Origin: Candidatus Bipolaricaulota bacterium
Lineage (GTDB): Bacteria; Bipolaricaulota; Bipolaricaulia; RBG-16-55-9
Reading direction: 5' to 3'
Assembly (NCBI GenBank): GCA_026982655.1
Contig: JALSGO010000165.1
Span: 35,032-99,031 of the forward strand
Length of the DNA: 64,000 nucleotides
Shown here: one piece after another, positions 45,082-53,432 of the stretch
How positions within the stretch are numbered: the first letter of the stretch is position 1
Layout: each line of letters starts with the position of its first letter
Program-made: the position numbers and the translations under genes
The notes under the pieces: model-generated
The model's database searches: none
Seen by the model: the letters and a program-made list of their open reading frames with translations, nothing else
What the model was told of the DNA's origin: nothing

Positions 45082-46509
45082 TTAGAAGAGGAAGGCCACG
45101 GCGATCCCGGCCAAGCCGGCGAGCAGGGCCACGATGGCCAACCCTTGAGCGGCGTCCGCACGCGCCTGGGCTTCCTTGATCTGGCGTGCGGCGATCTGGG
45201 CCTGCTCCGCGGTGGCTTCCTCGATCTGGAGACGGATCTCCTCGGAGCTGGGAACACGCGGTAGGGCCGCGAGGACCTCTGCGCGGACCTCTTCCTTGAG
45301 GGTCTCGATGGTGGCCAGCCCTTCTTCTAAGCTCTGTTGGAGACCCTGCATGGCCTGTCGGTTGCTCTCCAGCTCGAGGAGGACCTCGGCGAGCTTGGCC
45401 TCCAGTCGCTCGACGCGCTTCTGGAGTTGTGCCACCTGGGGGGACTCCTGCGGTTCGCGCCGGAGTTGCTCTTGGAGCTGCTCCTGCAGTTGATCCAGGG
45501 CGGCACGGAGGGCTTGGATCTGGGAGGCGTTCTCCTCCGATCGCTTGCCCATCTCGGTGATCTGACGTGCGTTTACCTGGATCTGGGAGTTGAGCTGCTG
45601 GAGCTGCTCGGCCAGGCTCTGAATGCGGGGATGGATCTCCCGCATCTGCTGCATGGCGTCTTGGATCTGCGCCGTTCGGGCTTGCAAACCCTCGATACGG
45701 GCGTCGATCTCCGCGATCTTCGCCTGCAGCTGGGCGGTGGTGTTGGCCAGGCTCTCGACCTGGTCGAGTTGGTCCCGCACGGCCCCGATTTGCGCCTCGA
45801 GGTCCTCCAGGCGCGCGGAGAGCGAGCCGATCTGGGAATCGAGCCGGGCCGACAGCCCCTCCAGGCCCGTCTGCAGACCGCGGGTGTTGCTCTCCAGCTG
45901 TGAAGAGAGCCCCTCCAGGCCCGTCTGCAGACCGGCGAGGAAGCCGCGCAGCTGCTCGCGCTCGGACCGGGCCACATCCAGCTGACCAAAGATCGTTCCC
46001 AAGTTCTCCTGGAACGTCTGGACGACGATGAGCGCGTTCTCCACCGACTCTTGGAGCTTGGCGATGCTGAGCTCGTTGGTCTGGATGCGGTTGGAGAGGG
46101 CCTCCACATCGGCGTCGAGGCGCTCGTTCAGCGCCCGGACCGAGCTCTTGAGGGCCTGGACCCTCTCCGGGAGTTCGCGGAGCACGGCGACTTCGTCCGC
46201 CAGCTGCGCGACCGTTCCGGAGAGCTTCTTGATCTCGAAGGTGTTGTCCTTGGCCACCCGCTCGGCGGCGAAGAGTCGAGGACGGAAGTTCTCCAAGTCG
46301 GAGACGACGTCCTCCGACACCCGCTGCACCTGCAGGGTGAGCGACTTGACCAAGGACTCCAAACCGTCTACCGTGGCCTCCAGCTGCGCCAACTGCTCCT
46401 TCAGGGCCGCCGTCTCGTCCGCGTAGGCAGAGCTGATGAGGGTAAAGCCCAAGAGAGTGACAAGCAGCGAGGCCAAAGCCGTCCGCTTGTACGCTTTGCG
46501 TATGCGCAT
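45082..46509 (-). CDS. membrane-anchored long coiled-coil protein with internal repeats
   Basis: An N-terminal signal/TM segment and a C-terminal TM (LAIVALLAGLAGIAVAFLF) flank heptad-rich repeats such as LQTGLEGLSSQLESN. A 26-nt direct DNA repeat lies inside. Confidence 0.65.
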   Translation of the reverse strand: MRIRKAYKRTALASLLVTLLGFTLISSAYADETAALKEQLAQLEATVDGLESLVKSLTLQVQRVSEDVVSDLENFRPRLFAAERVAKDNTFEIKKLSGTVAQLADEVAVLRELPERVQALKSSVRALNERLDADVEALSNRIQTNELSIAKLQESVENALIVVQTFQENLGTIFGQLDVARSEREQLRGFLAGLQTGLEGLSSQLESNTRGLQTGLEGLSARLDSQIGSLSARLEDLEAQIGAVRDQLDQVESLANTTAQLQAKIAEIDARIEGLQARTAQIQDAMQQMREIHPRIQSLAEQLQQLNSQIQVNARQITEMGKRSEENASQIQALRAALDQLQEQLQEQLRREPQESPQVAQLQKRVERLEAKLAEVLLELESNRQAMQGLQQSLEEGLATIETLKEEVRAEVLAALPRVPSSEEIRLQIEEATAEQAQIAARQIKEAQARADAAQGLAIVALLAGLAGIAVAFLF

Positions 46510-46762
46510 GTGTCTTATCCCCCCTTTAGCGTTGTCCTGATTCTAAGCGGCTTTTTAGGGGGTATCAGTAATCGAAGTCACGCTCGCGATCGGACATCGG
46601 AGCCACAGGGAGAGGGGTCCCGCTGTACGGGGGATATTTGGCCTGTGGGGGCCCGGCCCCTAGGGAAAGGGCGGGGAGGTCCTGCGAAAGGCAACTACGG
46701 GCCTCTGAGCAGGACTTCAAGGATGTGCGCTTCTGCAGGGGAATTATGCCCGTTTCGCGGCG

Positions 46763-46795
46763 AGGAGTCCGTTAATATTTCTTAACGGACTCCTC
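46763..46795. repeat. perfect 14-bp inverted repeat overlapping the CoA-transferase stop codon
   Basis: GAGGAGTCCGTTAA-tattt-cTTAACGGACTCCTC. No U-tract follows on either strand. Confidence 0.4.
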
Positions 46796-48004
46796 GACTC
46801 GAAGGACCCCCCGCTCCCGAAGCGCCTCGATCCGGGCATCGTCGTAGCCCAGCTCTTGTAAGATCTCTCGGGTGTGCTCCCCCAAACCCGGCGGATGGCG
46901 ACGCAACCGGGGCGGCGTCCTCTCCAGCTTTAGGGGGGAGCCAAGGATGGAGAGCTCCCCGATCGTCGGGTGCTCCACCGTGCCCATCATCCCCCGGGCC
47001 CGAAGCGGGGGGAGACCCCAGATGGCGGCCAAATCGTTCACCGGCGTGGCCGGGACGTCATGCTCGTTCAAGATCTCGAGCCATTCCTCAAGGGGCTTCC
47101 GGCGGAAGACCTCCACAAGCAGGCGCTCCAGTTCCTCACGGTGCTTCACGCGGGCTGCGTTGTCCACAAAGCGCGGGTCATCCGTCCACTCCGGGTGCCC
47201 CAGCGCCCGACAGAAGCGCTCCCAGATCGCCGGGCTCCCGACAGCGACCACGAGATGCTTCTCGTCTTGAGCCGGGAAGGCTTGATAGGGCACGATCGTC
47301 GGGTGGCGGGAGCCGAGGCGCCGCGGGGGCTCCCCCGTGGCCCAGTAGTACTGGGCCATGTAGGTGAGGGAAGCCACGCCGCAGTCGAGCATGGCCAGGT
47401 CGATCCGCTGTCCGCGGCCCGTGCGCTCCCGCGCCCAGAGGGCCGCCAGCACGGCCTGGACGGCGTAGTGAGCCGTAAAGAGGTCGACGATGGCGACCCC
47501 GATGCGCACCGGCTCTCCCCCCTCCTCGCCCGTGATGCTCATCCAGCCCGATTCCGCTTGTAAGGCAATGTCGTACGCGGGCCGCTCCGCCCAGGGGCTT
47601 TGACGTCCGTAGCCCGTGATCGAGCACCAGATCAGCCTTGGGTTCCTCGGAGTCAAAGCCTCGTAGTCCAGCCCCAGTCGCTCGAGGGCGCCCGGTCGAA
47701 AGTTCTCGATGACGACGTCGCTGCGCTCGGCGAGCTTTCGAAAGATCTCTTGGCCTTCCGGGGCCTTTAGGTTCAAGGCTACGCTGCGCTTGTTGCGGTT
47801 GACGCTCAGATAATACGCGCTTTCGCCCTTCACGAACGGCGGACCCCAAGCCCGGGTCTGATCGCCCCCGTCGGGGTGCTCCAGCTTGATAACATCGGCC
47901 CCCAGGTCGCCGAGCATCATGGCCGCGTATGGCCCCGCCAGCACCCGCGAGGCGTCCAACACCCGCACACCCGCCAGCGGTGGTTCTTGCCGTCGATCAG
48001 CCAT
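46772..48004 (-). CDS. family III CoA-transferase (CaiB/BaiF)
   Basis: The N-terminal motif LAGVRVLDASRVLAGPYAAMMLGDLGADVIKLE is typical, and the full-length interlocked-dimer fold is present. Confidence 0.8.
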   Translation of the reverse strand: MADRRQEPPLAGVRVLDASRVLAGPYAAMMLGDLGADVIKLEHPDGGDQTRAWGPPFVKGESAYYLSVNRNKRSVALNLKAPEGQEIFRKLAERSDVVIENFRPGALERLGLDYEALTPRNPRLIWCSITGYGRQSPWAERPAYDIALQAESGWMSITGEEGGEPVRIGVAIVDLFTAHYAVQAVLAALWARERTGRGQRIDLAMLDCGVASLTYMAQYYWATGEPPRRLGSRHPTIVPYQAFPAQDEKHLVVAVGSPAIWERFCRALGHPEWTDDPRFVDNAARVKHREELERLLVEVFRRKPLEEWLEILNEHDVPATPVNDLAAIWGLPPLRARGMMGTVEHPTIGELSILGSPLKLERTPPRLRRHPPGLGEHTREILQELGYDDARIEALRERGVLRVEESVKKY

Positions 48005-48434
48005 CGGCCGTCGCCTCGCTCTCGCTTTCGGCCTCCAAGAGGACGGCGATCGCTTCCACCTCGACGAGCATGGCCGGGTCGACGAGCGCCCGGACCCCGA
48101 CCATGGTTAGAGCGGGACGGACGTCCCCGAAGGCCTCCGCGTGCGCCCGACCGTACTCCTCCCAGCGCGAGATGTCCGTGACGTACATCCGCGTGCACAC
48201 CACATCTTGGAGGGAGGCCCCGGCCTGCTCCAGCGCCCGTTGCACTTTCTGCAAAGCGTAGCGCGTCTGGGCGTAGGCGTCGTCCCCGCCCACCACGCGG
48301 CCCTGCTCATCCGTAGCCGTCGTCCCCGCCACGAACACCCAAGGCCCTACGCGCACCGCCCGGGAATAACCCACCACGGGCTCCCACGGCGTCCCCGACG
48401 AGATCTTTAGGCGCCTCTCGGTCATCGCGCCCAC
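47997..48434 (-). CDS. RidA/YjgF family enamine/imine deaminase
   Basis: A chorismate-mutase-like trimer fold is present. The start may be at the second ATG. Confidence 0.75.
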   Translation of the reverse strand: MGAMTERRLKISSGTPWEPVVGYSRAVRVGPWVFVAGTTATDEQGRVVGGDDAYAQTRYALQKVQRALEQAGASLQDVVCTRMYVTDISRWEEYGRAHAEAFGDVRPALTMVGVRALVDPAMLVEVEAIAVLLEAESESEATADG

Positions 48435-49891
48435 TCCTCTCGATGCGGATCGTGAAGGCCCACCGGGCGCTTTCGGTACTCGCCCTGGGGCTCCCCCACG
48501 ACGTCCCCCTCCCGCATCACCACGCGGCCCCGCAGCACGGTGTGCGTCGGCCAGCCCCGCAGGCGCATCCCCTCAAAGGGCGTAAAGTCCTGAGAGGAGC
48601 GGAGGACCTCGGGGGTCACGATCTGTTCCCGCTCCAGGTCGACGAGGGTAAGGTCGGCGTCGCTCCCGACGGCGAGCGTCCCCTTACGCGGATAGAGCCC
48701 GAACGCGCGGGCCGGATTGGCGCTCACCAGCTCCGCAATCCGTGTGAGGGAGAGGCCTCTCTGCCGCCCTTCGGAGAGCAGATACGGGTAGAGGAGGGCC
48801 GTCCCGCCGAAGCCGGGGAGCGCTTTCCAGAGGTCTTCTCCCTTCTGTTCCTCGAAGCAGCAGGCGTGGTCGCTGACGATCGTATCGACGTCGCCGCGCA
48901 GGACCGCCTCCCAAAGGGCTTGGCGGTCTTCCTCGGAGCGGATCGGCGGGTTTACCTTGCCCCGCAGCCCGCCCGCGGCCGTCTCGTAGGTGAGCGCCAG
49001 GTGGTGCACCGTCGTCTCCAGGCGGATGTCGAGGTGGGGGTAATCTCGCTTGGCCTCCGCCGCTGCTTCGACGGCCTCGCGGCTGCTTAAGTGGAGCAAA
49101 TTCAAGGGACAACGGGTGACGTCTCCCAAGAGCACGGCTTCGGCCATGGAGAGGCGCTCCGTGAGCGGCGGGCGCGCTCGATGATAGCCCTCCAGAGTGT
49201 GGAGCCCTAGGCGCTTGACCTCGTCGATGAAGACCCGGATGAGCTCCGCGTGCTCGCAGTGGAGGCTGAGCGAGACCCGCCCGTGGTGCCCGTACGCGCG
49301 GGCCGCTTCGGCCACCCGCTGCATGAGCAAGTACAGGTGCCCTAGATCGTAGTGCTCGGCCAGGGTGTAGTCGCTTCCGCGGGTGGAGTCGGCCGTAAGA
49401 TTTAACCCCTTGTAGAACATGTAGTACTTGAAGGAGCCGACGCCCTGCTCGCGGACGAGCCAGTCTACCTCCCCAAGCTGCTCGGACGTCATGATCGCGA
49501 TGTGGTAGCCGTAGTCGGTGTACGCGTGCCCTCGAGTGATGCGCAGCACCTCGGGGAAGATGTCGCGATAGGGACCGCTCTTGTTGAGATAATGATGCCC
49601 CGTGCGGAAGTAGCTGATCACGGTGGTGACCCCGCCCACGAGCGCCGAGGCCGTCTCGCTCAGAGCATCTTCGGCCAATGATCGGTAAATCCCCAGGTGG
49701 AAATGGGAGTCCACAGCTCCGGGGAGGACGACCTTTCCGCGGGCGTCGAGCACCTCTTCGGCTTGGGAGGAGTCGATCCGTTCGTCCAGGGCGACGACCC
49801 TCCCGTTGCGGATCCCGATGTCGCAGCGGAGCGGCCCTACGTACGGGAGAATCACTGTCCCCCCTAACACCGCCAAATCGTAGCGTCTCAC
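48422..49891 (-). CDS. cyclic amidohydrolase (hydantoinase/dihydropyrimidinase/allantoinase superfamily)
   Basis: The HxH metal motif (PGAVDSHFH) and amidohydrolase barrel are present. The start is trimmed to the GTG at 49891, which has a GAGGAGGG SD. The upstream 180 codons are Arg/Gly/Pro junk. Confidence 0.75.
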   Translation of the reverse strand: MRRYDLAVLGGTVILPYVGPLRCDIGIRNGRVVALDERIDSSQAEEVLDARGKVVLPGAVDSHFHLGIYRSLAEDALSETASALVGGVTTVISYFRTGHHYLNKSGPYRDIFPEVLRITRGHAYTDYGYHIAIMTSEQLGEVDWLVREQGVGSFKYYMFYKGLNLTADSTRGSDYTLAEHYDLGHLYLLMQRVAEAARAYGHHGRVSLSLHCEHAELIRVFIDEVKRLGLHTLEGYHRARPPLTERLSMAEAVLLGDVTRCPLNLLHLSSREAVEAAAEAKRDYPHLDIRLETTVHHLALTYETAAGGLRGKVNPPIRSEEDRQALWEAVLRGDVDTIVSDHACCFEEQKGEDLWKALPGFGGTALLYPYLLSEGRQRGLSLTRIAELVSANPARAFGLYPRKGTLAVGSDADLTLVDLEREQIVTPEVLRSSQDFTPFEGMRLRGWPTHTVLRGRVVMREGDVVGEPQGEYRKRPVGLHDPHREEWAR

Positions 49892-49926
49892 GCTGAGTTT
49901 CCCTCCTCGTTTGGATCTTACGTGCG

Positions 49927-50451
49927 TTACGTCCGCAGGCGTTCCCCGCGGCGCAGCAGCTCCAAGAGCCCTCCGGCCTTCATGAGCTGCCGGACGAAGG
50001 GCGGGAGCGGCTCGGCCTGCAACTCTTCCCCCGTCGTGAGGTTGCGAACGCGGCCGATGAGGGGCTCGACCTCCAGCTCGTCGCCGTCCCGGACGGCCTT
50101 TGTGATCCCGGTACAGACCAGCACGGGATAGCCCAGGTTGATCGCGTTGCGGAAGAAGAGCCGCGAGAAGGACTCCGCCAAGACGCAGGCCACGCCCAGC
50201 TCCTTGAGCACCCGCGCGGCCGGACGGCTTGATCCGCATCCGAAATTTACGCCCGCGACGACCAGGTCTCCCGGCTTCACGTGCTCGGCGAACTCCGGTC
50301 GGATCGCTCGGAAGACGAAGCGCTTGATCTCCTCCTCGGGGACCTTCCCGTACATCGTCTCGCTCGGCAGGATGAGGTCCGTGTTGATGTGGTCCCCGAA
50401 GACCCACGCCCGCCCGCGATACCGCCACGCCGTCTCGCTCTCCTCGCTCAT
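49927..50451 (-). CDS. aconitase-family dehydratase small subunit (LeuD-like)
   Basis: It matches the LeuD swivel domain (...GDNIDTD-like HINTDLI). Confidence 0.8.
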   Translation of the reverse strand: MSEESETAWRYRGRAWVFGDHINTDLILPSETMYGKVPEEEIKRFVFRAIRPEFAEHVKPGDLVVAGVNFGCGSSRPAARVLKELGVACVLAESFSRLFFRNAINLGYPVLVCTGITKAVRDGDELEVEPLIGRVRNLTTGEELQAEPLPPFVRQLMKAGGLLELLRRGERLRT

Positions 50452-50485
50452 CGAGTCCCCTCCTCTCCCCCTATTTTCGTTGGCG

Positions 50486-51763
50486 TCACAGAAGGTACTT
50501 CCTCGGGTCGGCGATGTACCCTTCCAGGGCCGAGGCGGCCACGGTGGCCGCTGAGGCCAAATAGATCTGGGCCTTGGGGCTCCCCATTCGCCCTCGGTAG
50601 TTGCGGTTCTGCGAGGCGATGCAGACCTCGCCGTCCCCCAACAACCCTAAGTGGAACCCCGGACAGGCCCCGCAGTCGGCGTGGGTGATCACGGCCCCCG
50701 CCTCCGCCAGCACCTGCAAAATCCCCTGCTTGAGGGCTTCTTCGTACACGGATTGCGAGGCGGGAGTTACCAACAACCGCGTGTCGGGATGGATCCGTCG
50801 TCCCCTCAGGATGCGGGCCGCCACCTCCAGGTCTTCCAAGCGGGCGTTCGTGCACGACCCCAAGAAGGCCTGGTCGATCTTCACGTTCTCGGTCTCCAGG
50901 GCGCTTACGGGCTGTACGTTGCCCACGTCGTGAGGACAGGCGACCATCGGTTCCAGCCGGGAGACGTCCATCTCGATCACCCGCTCATAGTGGGCGTCGG
51001 GGTCGGGCCCTATGGGCTCCAAGGTCTCCCGCTCCCCCTCGGGAACCCGGGCGCGTACGTACTCCAGCACGACCTCGTCCGGCGGCTGGAGGGCGAACTT
51101 CGCCCCCAACTCAACGCCCATATTGGAGAGCACGATGCGGCTCTCCAAGCTCATCTCGCGAAGGGCCGGACCGTCCCACTCCAGGGACTTATAGAGCGCG
51201 ACGTCCTCCCCATACGTCCCCGCGATATACAGGACGACGTCCTTGGAGGAGACTCCCGGAGGGAGTTCTCCCTCCAGGAGGATTCGGAGAGATTCCGGGA
51301 CGCGGAACCACGTCTCCCCGTAGGCGAGTACGTAGGGGGTCTCCACGTTGATCCCGCAGGCGGCAGCCCCCAGCGCCCCGGCGGTGCAGGTGTGCGAGTC
51401 CGCGCCGACGACGAGCTCGCCAGGCCGGGCAAACCCCTCCTCCAAAAAGACCTGGTGGCAGATGCCGCGGCCCACCTCGTAGACGTAGCGCAGGCCCAGC
51501 TCTTTGACGAGCTTTCGGGCCTCAGCGAAGGCGTTGGCCGCGCTCACCGTGGGGGGTGGGGCCACGTGGTCGAAGACGACCACCACCCGCTCCGGGTCCC
51601 AAACGCGCCCTCCGGCCTGCTGGGCGAACGTTGCGAACCGCCAGCCCGTCATCAGCAGGCGATCCACCCGGGCGATCACCAAGTCGCCGGGGCGCACCCG
51701 CTCCCGGCCCGAGGCCCGTGCCAGGATCTTCTCGGCCATCGTCATGCCTGGGTGCGTGCTCAT
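50486..51763 (-). CDS. aconitase-family dehydratase large subunit (LeuC-like)
   Basis: The Fe-S ligand region (CTNARLEDL / ADCGACPG) is present, with LeuC/HacA-type similarity throughout. Confidence 0.8.
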   Translation of the reverse strand: MSTHPGMTMAEKILARASGRERVRPGDLVIARVDRLLMTGWRFATFAQQAGGRVWDPERVVVVFDHVAPPPTVSAANAFAEARKLVKELGLRYVYEVGRGICHQVFLEEGFARPGELVVGADSHTCTAGALGAAACGINVETPYVLAYGETWFRVPESLRILLEGELPPGVSSKDVVLYIAGTYGEDVALYKSLEWDGPALREMSLESRIVLSNMGVELGAKFALQPPDEVVLEYVRARVPEGERETLEPIGPDPDAHYERVIEMDVSRLEPMVACPHDVGNVQPVSALETENVKIDQAFLGSCTNARLEDLEVAARILRGRRIHPDTRLLVTPASQSVYEEALKQGILQVLAEAGAVITHADCGACPGFHLGLLGDGEVCIASQNRNYRGRMGSPKAQIYLASAATVAASALEGYIADPRKYLL

Positions 51764-52722
51764 TGGCCCCTCCTCGCTCCCTCTCTCTCGGGGGAGTCTT
51801 CATCTCGTCCGACTTGCATCTGTTGCCGAGCCTGCCGACGGAAGCCCTCCTCCCGCTCTTGCAGCTCGGGAAGCTCCGTGATCTCATCGCGGTCGTGGAA
51901 CGTAATCAGCTCTTCCAGGAGGTCCAGGGAGGTGCCCCGCTCCAGGAGGTGGCGGTAGACGCGGGCCATCGTCTTGGCCGCGGCCCGCAGCGCCGTGTTC
52001 GCATGCACCACCACCCGATAGCCGAAGCGCTCGAATTCCCTCAGCGGGAGGAACGGCGTCTTGCCGCCCTCCGGGAGGTTGACGAGAAGGGGCGCAGGGA
52101 TCTCTCGGGGGATACGGGCCAGCTCCTCCCAACTGCGTGGGGCTTCGATGAACACGAGATCCGCTCCCGCTTCCGCAAAGGCCCGTCCGCGCCGCAGGGC
52201 TTCCTCCAGGCCGTGGGTGGCCCGCGCGTCCGTACGGGCGATGATCAGGACGTTCTCGTCCTCGCGGGCGTCGAGAGCCGCATAGAGCTTGGCCAGCATC
52301 TCCTCCAAGGGGATGACGCGCTTCCCCTCGAAGTGGCCGCAGCGTTTGGGGAAGACCTGGTCCTCCAGCTGGATCGCAGACGCTCCGGCCCGCTCGAACG
52401 CTCGCACGGTCCGCACGACGTTCAGGGGACCGCCGTAGCCGGTGTCCGCGTCGGCTATGACGGGCACCTGGACCACATCGACGATTTGGGCCAAGCGCTC
52501 CCGCATCTCGTTGAACGCTAGGAGCCCGATGTCCGGTACCCCCATGCTGGAGGCGACCCCGGAGCCCGAGAGGTAGACGGCCTCGGCCCCGGCCCGCTCG
52601 GCTAAGCGGGCGCTCAGCCCGTCGTAGACGCCCGGCACGAGCAGAATCTTCCCGTCTTGCACGCGCGCCCGCAACCGGGCGTTCCGCTCCCGTTGTCGAA
52701 GGGGATGGATCATCTCGCTCAC
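51760..52722 (-). CDS. isocitrate-lyase/PEP-mutase family C-C lyase (methylisocitrate-lyase-like)
   Basis: PrpB-like motifs (GVYDGLSARL, IADADTGYG, KRCGH) and a C-terminal acidic tail are present. Confidence 0.75.
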   Translation of the reverse strand: MSEMIHPLRQRERNARLRARVQDGKILLVPGVYDGLSARLAERAGAEAVYLSGSGVASSMGVPDIGLLAFNEMRERLAQIVDVVQVPVIADADTGYGGPLNVVRTVRAFERAGASAIQLEDQVFPKRCGHFEGKRVIPLEEMLAKLYAALDAREDENVLIIARTDARATHGLEEALRRGRAFAEAGADLVFIEAPRSWEELARIPREIPAPLLVNLPEGGKTPFLPLREFERFGYRVVVHANTALRAAAKTMARVYRHLLERGTSLDLLEELITFHDRDEITELPELQEREEGFRRQARQQMQVGRDEDSPEREGARRGQ

Positions 52723-53432
52723 CCTCCTACGTAGGCGCGCTTGACCCGCTCGTCCTCTCGAAGGGTCTCGATCGGCCCTTCGAGGACGATCCGTCCGTTC
52801 TCCAGTACGTATCCCCGCTCGGCGACGGCAAACGCCACGTGGACGTTCTGCTCCACGAGTAGAACGCTTATCCCCTGCCGGTGGAGCTGCCCGATGGCCT
52901 CGGTGACCTCGTCCACGAGATAGGGAGCCAAGCCCATGGTCGGCTCGTCGAAGAGGAGCAGCTTGGGCCGGGACATGAGCGCTCGTCCGATGGCGAGCAT
53001 CTGCTGTTCGCCGCCGCTTAGGTTCCCCGCCCGCTGGTGCCGCCGCTCCCGCAATCGAGGGAAGAGCGCGTAGACCCGCTCGATGTCCGCTGCGATCTCC
53101 GGATCGTCTCGTGTGAAGGCTCCCATCTCGAGGTTCTCGAGCACCGTCATCTCGGGGAAGAGCTGCCGCCCCTCGGGGCAGTGGGCGATCCCCAAGCGCA
53201 CGATGGCCGCCGGGGAGAGGCGCGCAAGGTCCCCTCCCCCAAACCGGATGCGACCCGAGCGCGGGCGCAGCAGCCCCGAGATTGCCCGTAGCGTCGTCGT
53301 CTTGCCCGCGCCGTTGGCCCCCAACAGCGCGATCAGCTCCCCCGGCCCGACGCGCAGGGAGATCCCCTGCAGCGCGGGAACCCGACCGTAGCAGACCGAA
53401 ACGTCCTCGAGCAGGAGCTCACATCCGCTCAT
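52719..53432 (-). CDS. livF: branched-chain-type ABC transporter ATPase
   Basis: Walker A (GANGAGKTT), signature (LSGGEQQ) and Walker B motifs are present. Confidence 0.85.
   Translation of the reverse strand: MSGCELLLEDVSVCYGRVPALQGISLRVGPGELIALLGANGAGKTTTLRAISGLLRPRSGRIRFGGGDLARLSPAAIVRLGIAHCPEGRQLFPEMTVLENLEMGAFTRDDPEIAADIERVYALFPRLRERRHQRAGNLSGGEQQMLAIGRALMSRPKLLLFDEPTMGLAPYLVDEVTEAIGQLHRQGISVLLVEQNVHVAFAVAERGYVLENGRIVLEGPIETLREDERVKRAYVGG

Noticed and set aside
45840-45945. A possible CRISPR-like direct repeat (two 26-nt copies)
   Set aside because: There are only two copies, they lie inside a coding region and they encode the peptide repeat of the coiled-coil protein. No cas genes are present.
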